Assembly (NCBI GenBank): GCA_963710605.1
Contig: CAVQBA010000007.1
Location: 502,416 to 566,415, forward strand
DNA: 64,000 nucleotides
From: an uncultured cyanobacterium
GTDB taxonomy: Bacteria; Cyanobacteriota; Cyanobacteriia; Cyanobacteriales; Cyanobacteriaceae
Direction of reading: 5' to 3'
A program made the translations under genes and the position numbers. Below, one piece after another: positions 53,100 to 63,854 of this stretch. The first letter of the stretch is position 1; each line of letters opens with the position of its first letter. The notes beneath the pieces were generated by a model. It did no database searches and had not been told where the DNA came from. It worked only from the letters and a program-made list of their open reading frames with translations.

Positions 53100-53367
53100 T
53101 ATAGTAGTAGCCATAGTAGTTAAGACATCTTTTACCACCACTAACCCACGGGGCGTTGACATTCATAGTTACGTCAATTCAGATGACAGCCCCTCCTCCT
53201 TCAAAGGATGGGGAACTTCATTCAACTGTTCAAAACAAATCGTTTACTACTGTAAATAATAAATAAATATAGCTATTATTATATACAAAATAATCCTCCT
53301 AAATCTCCCTTAAAAAAGGGGAACTTACAAATTGTAAATTGACTTTACAAGTATGAGAAACGCTATA
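53100..53367. mobile_element. Two adjacent degenerate MITEs (53100-53254 and 53268-53367)
   Basis: TATAGTAGTAG...TTACTACTGTA and TATAGC...GCTATA ends. Each has an internal CCCC..GGGG-type palindrome. Confidence 0.55.
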
Positions 53368-53482
53368 GATATATCTAATTTTTTTGAAAGTTACTATAGG
53401 GGCAAGTTATTTAAAAATTACTTTAAATATTTCAAAGCCACTAAAAATTGATTATTTTTTTTCAAAAGTAATCACTACAAAT

Positions 53483-56400
53483 TTAAAATTCAAAGTTATC
53501 AACATTATTAATATCTTCTATGCTCAAATCGTTGGTAAAGGTAACTAAAGATAGAGGACGACTAGAACCATTTCCATCTCGATCGATACCTAAAATAGTA
53601 CTACTACCAGAAGAAGCAAATTTAATGTAACCATCACTAATAGGATCGTCACCTTGATAGTTAATTTGGTCTAAAAGATCGGTAAGAACAATTTTGTCTT
53701 CTCCTGGTGTAAAGTCAGTAATAATGTCACGGCGATAGCGGATATTATCAAAGATAAAACGATCTTGACCCTCAAAACCAGTAATAATATTGCGTCTTTT
53801 GCTACCAATAATATCATCAGCTTGGTCTGTACCTTCGACGATCGTATCACGATTACTTGCGATAATTTCATTGGGGTTAACTGTGACAGTGACAATATTA
53901 CTGCTCACATTACCAAAACTATCTTCAACGCCGTAAGCAAAAGTATCTTCTCCGACAAAACCACTATTAGGAGTATAGGTAACAGTATCATCGGGGTTGA
54001 CGACGACTGTCGCATTATTAGAAGCTAAAACTGCTGTCAGATTAATAGCATCTCCTTCGGGATCGGTATCGTTAGCTAAAACATCAATAACAACTGGTGT
54101 TATAACTTGTGTTGTTGCTGTATCGGCTACGATCGTGGGTTCGCTGTTAGTGTTAGTTAGATCGGGTATATCTGTAGGAGCTTGTGTTTGTGCGTTATTA
54201 ATTTGTTGAGTTAATTGTTCTCCTGTATTTTCGTTAATAACCTCTTCTGAGGTTTTTGTTCCCGCCGCTAATTTTCGTAAGTCATCACTCGTGTTACTTT
54301 GAGCTACTTTTTGTACTTTAACTATTTGTTCAGCTCTGGCTACATCATCGGTACTTGTTGTATCGGCAACAATGTTATCGATACGTTGATTGGATTGGGT
54401 TATTACCATTGCGGTAGTTTGAACCATATTATTACTCATTTGGGGAGCCATTTGTGTAATTAGTTCTTGTACCTGAGTCATGTTGCTTAAATTGACATTA
54501 TCAGAATTTTCGATCGTTTCTGATAATGCATCAATAGCGACTGTTTCTTCTTCTCCTGTTATCGCACTAATTTGAGTTAAAGTGTTTTGAATTTGAACCT
54601 GTTTGGCATATACTTTTAGACCGTTAGGATCTCCATCTAAAATAGCCTCTAAGGGGTTGAAGTTAAATAAATCGACATCTGGTAACGCTAAGGCTTCTAT
54701 CACCTCTTGCTGAGCCGCTAATGTATCAGCAGATTGAGCGACGATACGAGATAAGGTTGCTAAAGGATTGATGACTAAATATTGGAATCCACCTGCTAAT
54801 TCGGGAGAAGGTGTACCCTCAACGAATACTTTAGTTCCTTCTACAAAAGAATCTAGTTTATCTGTTCCATCATCATAGATTACAGAGAAAAGTTCTCCTC
54901 GATCGAATTCTTCGTTATCGTTACTATCAACAAATGACCATTGAGATGTTGTTTCTCTTAAAACTAAGTTTTCTCTTTCTGCTGGTTCTAAGATACCACT
55001 TGCATCTAAATCAAAAGCAGTAATAGCTACTTCGGTTGTACCAAAATCCGATGTAATTAAGAAAGATTCGTTGTCATCCTGTACGCCGTTATTATTAGTA
55101 TCGATAAAGTCAATGTCAAGATTACTGTCACCACTAGGATTAATGACTGAGAAAGGTTCATTTTGGTCTAATACACCGTTAGCGTTACTATCAAAAAATT
55201 CATACTCTGGTGATTCTCCTTCCACAATTACTCTGACATCTAATACGCCGTTATTGTTAGTATCAAAAGCAGTAATATCAATGTCATAAGTACCAAGCTG
55301 GGTAATAATGGAGAAAGGTTCGTTACTATCTTGAATTCCATTGTCATTGGTATCGATGAAAACGAATGAATTGTTGATTTGCTGTTTTTGTTCGGTTTCG
55401 GTAAGGAAACTTTTAGCTAAAATGTTGTCAGTAGTCAGATTTTTTTCGACGATCGCATTAGTTAGTTCTGTTATTTGAGCATTATCAAGAGTCGAATTAG
55501 CATCAAGACTTTCTATTGCCGTCACTGCTTCGGTGATAATGGCGTTGATGGTATCAGTATCGCTTAAATCTGGATCGACACCATTGTTGATTCTTTGAGC
55601 GATCGCATCATAAATAGCAGTAGCAATATTAGCTTTATTAACCGCCGAAGAAAGTTCACCGCTGTCTAGCTCGCCATTACCATTAACATCAAAATAGCGT
55701 CCGCCTTCGCTATCTAAGATAATTTCTAAATCTTCATCGTCAAATTGTTGGTTGTTATTATTGTCTAGATAAATTAAACCATCTTGAACTAAAACCGTAT
55801 TACCGTCGATCGTTTGTCCTTCAAAAGCAGTCGCACCGATCGCTTTAGTGGCTAAAATGACCAAATTTTGTAATTTAGATTGAGTTGCAAAGATAGATAA
55901 TTCTGTATTACTAGGATCGTAATCGTATAAGTTAGTCTCATCAGGAAGATTAAAAGCATCTTTAACTTCGTTTTGAGAAGCATTAAAATCAGGTTCGGCA
56001 ATTTCTGTGGTTAAGCTAGTTAGAGGGGTTGCTACTGTAGCAGTAGGAGTAGTAAAAATTGGTACGGTTTGGGGTAAGAAAGTAGAAATATCAACCCCAT
56101 CGACAATAACGACTCGACCTTCTTCTGGATCGATGATACCGTTACTGTTAAGATCGTAGGCATATAAAGGAATTTCTAAGACGTAGCTACCATCAGCATT
56201 CGAGAAAGTAAAAGGCTCTGTGGGATCTTGAACTGCGTCAAAGTCCGCATCAAAGAAAACTGTACCCCCTGCTATTGCTCCATCAAAAGCACTACTGGCA
56301 CTATTTCCTTCACCGCCAACGCTGAACTCTACTAGTTGGAATGTTGCTAATTCTGCTTCAAAAACCGAGCTTCCTAGTACAAAAACTTCTGCACCTAGAA

Positions 56401-59400
56401 ATACGTTAACTGCACCATTTAATTGAAATAGTTCAAAAGGAGTAGCAATGCGATCGAGAATTTCTGAAGTACGTATTCTGCCATCATCCGTACCGTTAAC
56501 TTCTCCTCCATCTAAAAGATCGAGACCGACCTCACCTCGTAGCCCCCCTGTAATATATCCAGAAGCAACACCAATATTTAAACCTAATCCAACTGCAACA
56601 CTTGTTAATATTGTTAACTCGTCAACATCTTCTCCCGTACCGTCAGCGTTTTCACGATCGCTAAGATAAAATCCATCTAAAGCTCTAAATGATTGTTCGG
56701 GAGCAAAATCCGTAGCCGCCCATTGATTGAAGCCAAAGGTATCAAAACCAAAAGCTAAATCCAAAGCAACATTAAAATCACCCGACAATAAACCAAAAAT
56801 GGGTGGAAAGATAGCAAATTCACGATCCAGGCTGAATCCAACTTCTAAAGCAGGAAGATCGTAAGTAACAATGGGAACATCTTTACCTAAAAGTAAATCG
56901 ACAACTGTAATGGGGTTGGTTAATAAAGGAATGTCAAAGTTACCGCCACTAGCAGTCAGATTTCTGGTTAATTCTCTTTGTGTGTCTCTACTACCACCAC
57001 TAGGAATTTGCAGATTATCAAGTTGAGTTGTTAAGTCTTGGACTTGATTTGTTACCCTTGCTTGAATTTCCCTGAGATCGACATTAATGTTTGTTGGGTC
57101 GAAATTAGGTAAGTCATAAGAACCAATATCAATGAGAATATTATTACCTTCTGCCACTGACATATCCAGAGCTTCTGCCAAGTCGCTAATTTCTACAATC
57201 GCATCGAAAGTCTCCTGAACGTTAATCGTGGTAGTCGCTCCACCTAATTCGGCTAGAGCTAATGCTAATTCTAAAACGCTAACTTCGCCATCTCCGTTTT
57301 CATCAAAAGGTTCTGCTATGTCTTCTCCTAATTCGGTTAAAAACTCAGTATCGGTTCTTAAAAAATCGATAACAGGGCGAAATGGATCGATAATATCATT
57401 AATGGTACTAACGATCGGCTGTGCAAAATCGGTGAGGAAACTACCTAAATCTAGTTGAATATTTTCAAAACCGATGGTAGGTGTTTGCGGCCCGTTTAAT
57501 TCTCCATCTACATAATTAAGAACGGGAAATTCTCCTGCAATCTCAAAATTCACTGCAGGAAAAGCATTATCACCGTTGATACTAGTAACTGCTTGTAAAC
57601 CAAGATTGGCATTTGCTTCAAGACGAGGATCGAATACTTGGGATAATTCACTAACAGAAGCGTTGACTATTTCTGTGGTAGTAAGGCGATCGCCATCTGT
57701 ATCCGCACCGTTATCGATGTCATTAAGTTGTAAAGTAAAATTTGCCCCTAGTGTGGTGTTATTAGTTGTACCATCTTCATTTTCTGTATCGTTGTCTGTT
57801 AGGGTTAGTGCTAAAAAGCCCAAACTACCTGTGGCTTGGAAATCTTCACTCAAACCTAAACCTACGCCTGCGGAGAAAGAAGTTTTTTCGGCATCGAGGA
57901 AGAAACCTAAATCTTGAGAAAGACCAAATCCTAAAGCAAATTCATAATCAAAATCAAGATCGGCACTACCGTCAACATTGATGCCTAATGCGGGTAAACC
58001 CAAATCGGCATCTAGAGCAACACTAGCAAGGTTATATTCTTTGGCAAAAGTAACGTCAAAAGTAGCTTCAATAAAACTAGAATCTTCGGGGTTAATTATA
58101 ATTGCCGACTCAACCATTGCATCTATTCCCAAGGCAACTTCGATCGTTGATTCAACTAAAAAAGCTAAACCATCTAAGTTGAGCGTACCTTCGGTTTGCA
58201 CTCGATTAGCGAGTCGATCTTGAAAGCTACCGAGTAAATCTGGTGCTAGGGTTGCTAAAGAACCGATAAAGGGTAATTCAACTTCTCTAAACTGAGCGTC
58301 GATCGAATCTTGAATCATATCGAGAGATTGGTTTAAACCTCTTGCTATCTCTAGACTATCAAAATTAAGCTCGTTAATGGCAACTAAAACATCGTTATTA
58401 TCAAAAGTTAATTCATTGTAAAAGGGATCCTCACTAATAGTAGAGTGAATAATGCGATTAGTTTCTGGTATTTCTTCTACCTCTGTATCTACCGTCGCTA
58501 TTACATTGACGTTTTGAGGAATATTCCAGTTATCGGGAGTAAATACTAAATTTTCAATGGGTAGAATGTCATTACTGGATACACCTGCTAATGTATTGGG
58601 TTGAATTGATACCGTTACATTGCTAGTAGGCTGACTGGTTAGAGCAAGGGTATAAGTTTCACTTTCTCCACCCTCAGTTACTTGTAGATTAGTGGCGTTA
58701 TTAATTACTATACCTGGTATATCGTTTTCGGTGATATTAACAGTGACATCATCGATCGTAATTCCTTGATATGTTGAGTCGCTACTAGTTGCGGTATGGG
58801 TAATAGTAGAAACGCGATCGCCAGTTGCAATGTTATCGTCAATAGATTCAACGGTAACAAATCGTCTGACATTCCAATTGTCAGGAGTAAAAGTAATTGG
58901 GTTGATATTCTCTAGCTGATTTGAATTGGTATTAAAACTAACAGTAACGTTACTAGCGGGTTGACTTCCTAGCTCAATGCCATAGCTATCTGTGGTTTGT
59001 CCTTCAATTAAATCAGTCGAACCTTGAGTTTCTGTAATCACTACTCCAGCAATCCCAGGATTACTTACCATCCCGCTATCGGTAATTATCAGAGTTGCCG
59101 AGTTGTCTTCGTCCACTATATATCCATCTCCTGGAGCGAGATTAAAGATGACATCTTCATCTGGTTCAAACATATTATCATCAAGAGGATCGATTCTAAT
59201 TTGTGCTTCGGTTGTTCCTGCTGGTAACGTGAAACTATTACCAGTTATATTTTTAGACGTATTATTAGCGACTAATACTAAGTTATAGTCATCATCTCTA
59301 GTGGCAGTTCCCTCAAGCGTAAATTCAAAGTTTCCGCCACCATCTAATAATGAATTTTCATCGACAAAATTGAGGTTAAAAAACCCAGAGACAGACCCCA

Positions 59401-61864
59401 TTTCGCTAGCATTTTCGGCGGCAGAAACATTAACTGTGGGTAGATTATCATTGTCTTCGATCGTTACTGTTGCCGTGCTACCCCCTCCACCATAAAAATC
59501 ACTATCGTTAAGAGTAATCTGTACTGTTTCATCTCCTTCGCTGGTATTATCATCAAAATCGGGAATACCACCAGAAATACCGATCGCATCAACTGTTATT
59601 GAAATAGTAGATTGGTCATTAGGAATATTTAAAACAAAGTTATCTTCACTATTGGGCTCAAGAACATTTTCGTCTGCATCCAATAATCTGTAATCAGTAC
59701 CTAATTCTGCCGTTCCAGCGATTTTAAAACTCAACTGACGAGAAGAATCATTAACATAGGAAGCAGAAGGATTTAAGACAAAAGAAAACTGTCCATTTGC
59801 TTCTCCTTCTATAGCATCGATTGTATCAATAGTAATATTTGGCTCGTCATCGGTAATATCGATAGTAGCTTCAGCTTCTTCAGTATTGATATTATAAAGT
59901 GGCGATTCTTCTAGAGTAATCGTAATCTTTTCGTCAGGATCGAAAATATCGTCATTTATAACATTACCAAAACTTACATTGGTTGTGTTAGAAGAAATTG
60001 TTACCGTACCGGGAATACTATAATCTATTCCATTAGTGGCAGTTCCCGAAATAGTGTAGTTAACATCGAAATCGATTAGATAGTCGCCCTCAACAACGAT
60101 AGTAAATAAATTATTTTGCTCGTCTGCTTCTGAAATAGGAGAATTGGCAGTGATACTAACTGTTGGTGCTTCAAATACTGAGTTGTCTCGGTCGAAAGTA
60201 CCATTGGTATTGTTATCGTCGTATATACCGCTAAAACTATTAATGTTGTCACTAACTTCATCTATCTGGAAGTTAGCATCTTCCATGACAAAAACATCAT
60301 TACCAAGAGCTTGACCATTAGCATTACCACTACCTCCAGTAGTTGAGTTGCCGTCACCAGAAAAATCACTATTTAACAAAAATAAACTTGCATCTTCTCT
60401 AACAAATATAGCTCCGCCGAGTCCAGCACCACCGCCTCCTCTACCGCTTGCTGCTGGTCTTTCAATGTTACCAAGAACATTTCCGCCGTTTTCCCCATCA
60501 CCTCCAAATTCTCCACCTTTTCCACCGCCTCCACCTGTTGCTTGTCCATCATTAATTTCTGGATTCGCACCACCGCCACCGCCGCCACCTGCGCCAGCAC
60601 CAAATCCGCCGTTTCCACCTTTTCCACCGTCTCCACCGTCTCCATCATCAAAAAAACGTACTTCTCCGCCGCCGCCACCGCCGCCACCGCCTCCTCCATA
60701 ACCAAATCTGCCAGCACTACCGTTTCCACCGTTTCCTGCATCAGGATCGCCAGCACTGCCGCCTTGACCACCACTCGGACCACTTATACCATCAGGGAAA
60801 AAACCACCATTAGCATTAAATATTCCACCACTACTACCGTTAGTGCCTTTTGATTCTAGACCTCCTCCTATTCCTCCCAGCCCGGATACTGTAAGTGCAT
60901 CACCACCTTTTGCTTTATTTATGAAAAAATTAAGACCGCTACCAATCACAGTTCCTTGATTGATAAATAAAGCACCTCCAGCACCTAAACCGCCGCCGCC
61001 TCCAGCATTCCTAAAAATATCAGGAATAACAAAGAATTCCGATTCCGAATCACCACCTCGTGCAAAACCATTTTGAAAGGTTAAATCTGAGAGGATAACT
61101 TGTGTTTCAGTTTCTTCGCCATTGATGGCTAAAATCTGATGCTCGTTGCTGCCATCAATTTCCAGCCCGTTACCTTGAATTTCAACATCTTCGCTAATAG
61201 TTGGCAAACTGCTATTGAGATTAATGGCAAAACCATTTAAACTCTCATCCACAGTAATAATGTCTTTGGTTCCAGGATTATTATTATTTTCGGCATCAAT
61301 AATCGCTTGGCGTAAAGAACCTGCACCGCTATTATTACGATTAGTAACAAGGAATGTTTGTAAGGTGGAGTTAAAGGCGGACATTGCTTCTACTTTAAAC
61401 GCTAGAGGTGCATCAATTAAACCTGTGGTGGCTTCTAATATCCAGTCGCCACTTAATTCACTATTTCCTGTAAAATCATCTGAGGCGGCAATATCGGCAC
61501 TGGTAATCTCGCTCAAACGATCGATAAATGCTTTTCCTTCTACTCCTTCTGCGACAAAACAACCATAGAGCAATATATCAGCTTCGGAAGTTAATGCTTC
61601 TCCCCATTGACTAAGTTGATTTTGATAATTTTCAATATTATTATTACTTAAAACTGTATTTCCTAATTGGATGCTACCCGAATTACCGTGAGAAAATATT
61701 TCAATACTATCTATCTCACTGCGGTTTGTTAGTGTTTGTGTAATCTGTTCGATACCGTTGCCATTAGTATCTAAGACAACTATTTCTGTTCCTTCTTCAA
61801 TACCATCAATTAAGGTTTGATAGTCTTCGACGTTAGCATCAATAAAAACAATATTGTTAGACAT
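53483..61864 (-). CDS. Giant secreted surface protein (DUF4347, Gly-rich region, Calx-beta/Ig-like repeats, T1SS-type C-terminus)
   Basis: N-terminal IVFIDANVEDYQTL..FSHGNSG..DILLYGC..GDWILE (DUF4347). Calx-beta-like GTATNGIDY / ATVTIEDND motifs. Ig-like DVLANDTDPEGD..VTYTP..FVGEDTFAY. C-terminal DIITDFTPGEDKIVL..IDRDG..NFEF. Confidence 0.9.
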   Translation of the reverse strand: MSNNIVFIDANVEDYQTLIDGIEEGTEIVVLDTNGNGIEQITQTLTNRSEIDSIEIFSHGNSGSIQLGNTVLSNNNIENYQNQLSQWGEALTSEADILLYGCFVAEGVEGKAFIDRLSEITSADIAASDDFTGNSELSGDWILEATTGLIDAPLAFKVEAMSAFNSTLQTFLVTNRNNSGAGSLRQAIIDAENNNNPGTKDIITVDESLNGFAINLNSSLPTISEDVEIQGNGLEIDGSNEHQILAINGEETETQVILSDLTFQNGFARGGDSESEFFVIPDIFRNAGGGGGLGAGGALFINQGTVIGSGLNFFINKAKGGDALTVSGLGGIGGGLESKGTNGSSGGIFNANGGFFPDGISGPSGGQGGSAGDPDAGNGGNGSAGRFGYGGGGGGGGGGGEVRFFDDGDGGDGGKGGNGGFGAGAGGGGGGGANPEINDGQATGGGGGKGGEFGGDGENGGNVLGNIERPAASGRGGGGAGLGGAIFVREDASLFLLNSDFSGDGNSTTGGSGNANGQALGNDVFVMEDANFQIDEVSDNINSFSGIYDDNNTNGTFDRDNSVFEAPTVSITANSPISEADEQNNLFTIVVEGDYLIDFDVNYTISGTATNGIDYSIPGTVTISSNTTNVSFGNVINDDIFDPDEKITITLEESPLYNINTEEAEATIDITDDEPNITIDTIDAIEGEANGQFSFVLNPSASYVNDSSRQLSFKIAGTAELGTDYRLLDADENVLEPNSEDNFVLNIPNDQSTISITVDAIGISGGIPDFDDNTSEGDETVQITLNDSDFYGGGGSTATVTIEDNDNLPTVNVSAAENASEMGSVSGFFNLNFVDENSLLDGGGNFEFTLEGTATRDDDYNLVLVANNTSKNITGNSFTLPAGTTEAQIRIDPLDDNMFEPDEDVIFNLAPGDGYIVDEDNSATLIITDSGMVSNPGIAGVVITETQGSTDLIEGQTTDSYGIELGSQPASNVTVSFNTNSNQLENINPITFTPDNWNVRRFVTVESIDDNIATGDRVSTITHTATSSDSTYQGITIDDVTVNITENDIPGIVINNATNLQVTEGGESETYTLALTSQPTSNVTVSIQPNTLAGVSSNDILPIENLVFTPDNWNIPQNVNVIATVDTEVEEIPETNRIIHSTISEDPFYNELTFDNNDVLVAINELNFDSLEIARGLNQSLDMIQDSIDAQFREVELPFIGSLATLAPDLLGSFQDRLANRVQTEGTLNLDGLAFLVESTIEVALGIDAMVESAIIINPEDSSFIEATFDVTFAKEYNLASVALDADLGLPALGINVDGSADLDFDYEFALGFGLSQDLGFFLDAEKTSFSAGVGLGLSEDFQATGSLGFLALTLTDNDTENEDGTTNNTTLGANFTLQLNDIDNGADTDGDRLTTTEIVNASVSELSQVFDPRLEANANLGLQAVTSINGDNAFPAVNFEIAGEFPVLNYVDGELNGPQTPTIGFENIQLDLGSFLTDFAQPIVSTINDIIDPFRPVIDFLRTDTEFLTELGEDIAEPFDENGDGEVSVLELALALAELGGATTTINVQETFDAIVEISDLAEALDMSVAEGNNILIDIGSYDLPNFDPTNINVDLREIQARVTNQVQDLTTQLDNLQIPSGGSRDTQRELTRNLTASGGNFDIPLLTNPITVVDLLLGKDVPIVTYDLPALEVGFSLDREFAIFPPIFGLLSGDFNVALDLAFGFDTFGFNQWAATDFAPEQSFRALDGFYLSDRENADGTGEDVDELTILTSVAVGLGLNIGVASGYITGGLRGEVGLDLLDGGEVNGTDDGRIRTSEILDRIATPFELFQLNGAVNVFLGAEVFVLGSSVFEAELATFQLVEFSVGGEGNSASSAFDGAIAGGTVFFDADFDAVQDPTEPFTFSNADGSYVLEIPLYAYDLNSNGIIDPEEGRVVIVDGVDISTFLPQTVPIFTTPTATVATPLTSLTTEIAEPDFNASQNEVKDAFNLPDETNLYDYDPSNTELSIFATQSKLQNLVILATKAIGATAFEGQTIDGNTVLVQDGLIYLDNNNNQQFDDEDLEIILDSEGGRYFDVNGNGELDSGELSSAVNKANIATAIYDAIAQRINNGVDPDLSDTDTINAIITEAVTAIESLDANSTLDNAQITELTNAIVEKNLTTDNILAKSFLTETEQKQQINNSFVFIDTNDNGIQDSNEPFSIITQLGTYDIDITAFDTNNNGVLDVRVIVEGESPEYEFFDSNANGVLDQNEPFSVINPSGDSNLDIDFIDTNNNGVQDDNESFLITSDFGTTEVAITAFDLDASGILEPAERENLVLRETTSQWSFVDSNDNEEFDRGELFSVIYDDGTDKLDSFVEGTKVFVEGTPSPELAGGFQYLVINPLATLSRIVAQSADTLAAQQEVIEALALPDVDLFNFNPLEAILDGDPNGLKVYAKQVQIQNTLTQISAITGEEETVAIDALSETIENSDNVNLSNMTQVQELITQMAPQMSNNMVQTTAMVITQSNQRIDNIVADTTSTDDVARAEQIVKVQKVAQSNTSDDLRKLAAGTKTSEEVINENTGEQLTQQINNAQTQAPTDIPDLTNTNSEPTIVADTATTQVITPVVIDVLANDTDPEGDAINLTAVLASNNATVVVNPDDTVTYTPNSGFVGEDTFAYGVEDSFGNVSSNIVTVTVNPNEIIASNRDTIVEGTDQADDIIGSKRRNIITGFEGQDRFIFDNIRYRRDIITDFTPGEDKIVLTDLLDQINYQGDDPISDGYIKFASSGSSTILGIDRDGNGSSRPLSLVTFTNDLSIEDINNVDNFEF

Positions 61865-61931
61865 AATTAATTTTTTTCGTGTAATTTTTCGATCGATCGT
61901 TTGTTATAAGTTATAAGTTTAAATTGGCAGA

Positions 61932-62037
61932 TATAGCTCTACTTATATAGATTAGGAGACTAATCTCAAACTTTTTCCCCCAGAATTGGGGGGTTAGGGG
62001 GCATAAAAACGTCCTAAATTAAATCCGTAGTGCTATA
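61932..62037. mobile_element. 106-bp MITE with internal palindrome
   Basis: TATAGCTCTAC..ATTAGGA versus reverse complement of the right end TATAGCACTAC..TTTAGGA. The centre is TTCCCCCAGAATTGGGGGGTTAGGGGG. Confidence 0.75.
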
Positions 62038-62410
62038 CATATCATTCACAACTATGTAGTAATAAACCTAGCTAGTACGAAACACAAAAAATTAAATACT
62101 TTTGATAAGTTTATTACTTAAATCTCATTTAAAATTCTAGCTGGACAATTATTTTTCAAATTTGACTGATTTAAAGCGTACTATTTATATTTATGATTAG
62201 ATGAACTAGACTTTATGAACTATTTCACTCAATCAAAAACTTGTTGAATATAAGAATTGACAATTATAATCTCAATAAACTTTATTTTTTCAATCTAATT
62301 TAATTTACAAAAATTTATTTAGTATTTTTTAAGTAAATAAATCTGAATAATAATTAGTTCTAATCTTGTACTAGTAAATATTTAGATTGATATTTACAAA
62401 TATTTAAGAT

Positions 62411-62517
62411 TATAGAGTTTCCCATAATTATGAGGTACATTTATTATTTACAAGTTCCCCAATCTTGGGGGATTTAGGGGGCTTTCTTTGTACTTCATAA
62501 TTGCGATAATTGCTATA
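62411..62517. mobile_element. 107-bp MITE with internal palindrome
   Basis: TATAG..AATTATGAGGTACA versus reverse complement of the right end TATAG..AATTATGAAGTACA. The centre is TTCCCCCAATCTTGGGGGATTTAGGGGG. Confidence 0.78.
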
Positions 62518-62677
62518 AATATCAAGCTAGTTATTTGTTAACAGTTATTCACATTTTATTTAATCAAAATAGTATTTTTAAGAGTATTCTTAAGAAAGAA
62601 TAATTAAATAAATTGTTCGTGCTTTAATAATGTTAGATAAAGTGTAATTTAGCAAGATGATTTTCGCTATAGGAGTT

Positions 62678-62692
62678 ATAGAAAAAAACTAT
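62678..62692. promoter_or_regulatory. LysR-type T-N11-A box
   Basis: ATAG-AAAAAAA-CTAT palindrome 5 nt before the LysR ATG. Confidence 0.6.
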
Positions 62693-62697
62693 AGATT

Positions 62698-63561
62698 ATG
62701 GATTTATATCAAATACAATATTTTTTGACTATTGCACAAGCAGGTAGTTTTAACAAAGCAACAGAAAAGTTATTTGTTTCTCAGCCATCTTTATCCGCAG
62801 GTATCAAAAAACTAGAAAAAGAATTGGGAATTGCTTTATTTGAGCGTACGGGGCGAGGTGTTATCTTAACTTCTGCCGGTAAAATATTTCATAACAAAGC
62901 CCAAAAAATATTAGCTGTATATCAATCAGTACGAGAGGAAATTAACGAAATTAAAGATAAACCTACTCTCCAAGTAGGAACTTTACATAGTATTCGTAGT
63001 GTGTATTTAGCCAGATTAATCGGAAAGTTTACTCAAAAATATCCGAATGTCAACATCAAAATTATGCATGGCTATTTACCAGATTTACACGAATGGCTCG
63101 AACAAGGAGACATTGATATTGCCATTACTTGGTTAGCAGATAACGATAAAAGTCAAAACTGTTTACCACTTTTTCATCAACCACTTAAACTAGCCGTACA
63201 CAAAAATCATCCTTTTGCTAGTAATAAAAGTATTTGTTTGACTGACTTAGACGGACAAGCCTATATCGAACGGACTAACTGCGAATTTTGGCACGCCCAA
63301 CCCGGTATGTTTAATGCGGCGGGAATTGAACCCCTGTTTGTTTATGCTTCTAACAATGAAGAATGGGTTATCTCTTTAATTCAAGCAGGACTAGGTGTTA
63401 GTATTATGCCAGTCTGGAGTAATTTAAAAAATATTGTTTATGTACCGATATTTGATTTAAGTTTGAGTCGGGTTGTCGGTTTGAGATGGAGAAATCAACA
63501 AAAAATAGGAGTAGTTGAGCGGTTTAGGAAATTCACTAGTAGTTATAGTTGGTCGATTTAA
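62698..63561 (+). CDS. LysR-family transcriptional regulator
   Basis: GSFNKATEKLFVSQPSLSAGIKKLEKELGIALFER..V.LT.AG HTH, followed by a substrate-binding domain (AGLGVSIMP). Confidence 0.97.
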   Translation: MDLYQIQYFLTIAQAGSFNKATEKLFVSQPSLSAGIKKLEKELGIALFERTGRGVILTSAGKIFHNKAQKILAVYQSVREEINEIKDKPTLQVGTLHSIRSVYLARLIGKFTQKYPNVNIKIMHGYLPDLHEWLEQGDIDIAITWLADNDKSQNCLPLFHQPLKLAVHKNHPFASNKSICLTDLDGQAYIERTNCEFWHAQPGMFNAAGIEPLFVYASNNEEWVISLIQAGLGVSIMPVWSNLKNIVYVPIFDLSLSRVVGLRWRNQQKIGVVERFRKFTSSYSWSI

Positions 63562-63595
63562 GGTTTATTGCTTTCAATAGTTTTAGTTCTAAGGT

Positions 63596-63854
63596 ACTAG
63601 CAGTACTTTTTAGAGTCGAGAATATTCGTTGTCAATCTAATACCAACTCCTACAAAACAAAAAGACAAATAAAGCCCCTACGAATCCCCTACCACTCTGC
63701 CTTTTTGCATCTCACGGGGCGTATTCCATTCACAGCCAAACTCTGTCAGGTGAGGTGCCTCTCCCCTTGGTACGGGGAGGATAAAAGATGCTTCGCTTTT
63801 ATGTCTTGGACTTAAAAATAATGAATGTACCTCATAACCATGGGAAACGCTATA
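63596..63854. mobile_element. MITE-like element; right end matches the 62411 element, left boundary uncertain
   Basis: Reverse complement of 63822-63854, TATAGCGTTTCCCATGGTTATGAGGTACATTCA, closely matches TATAGAGTTTCCCATAATTATGAGGTACATTTA. Internal CCTCTCCCC..GGGGAGG palindrome. Confidence 0.6.

Noticed and set aside
8478-59495. Numerous 60-130-aa antisense ORFs inside ubiD, ctpC, tufA, fusA, recA, ruvA and the giant gene
   Set aside because: Fully overlapped by well-supported genes on the opposite strand. They are typical codon-bias shadows.
60348-60853. Pro-rich and Ala/Thr-rich ORFs (117, 136 and 103 aa)
   Set aside because: Alternative-frame or antisense products of the GC-rich poly-Gly tract of the giant protein.
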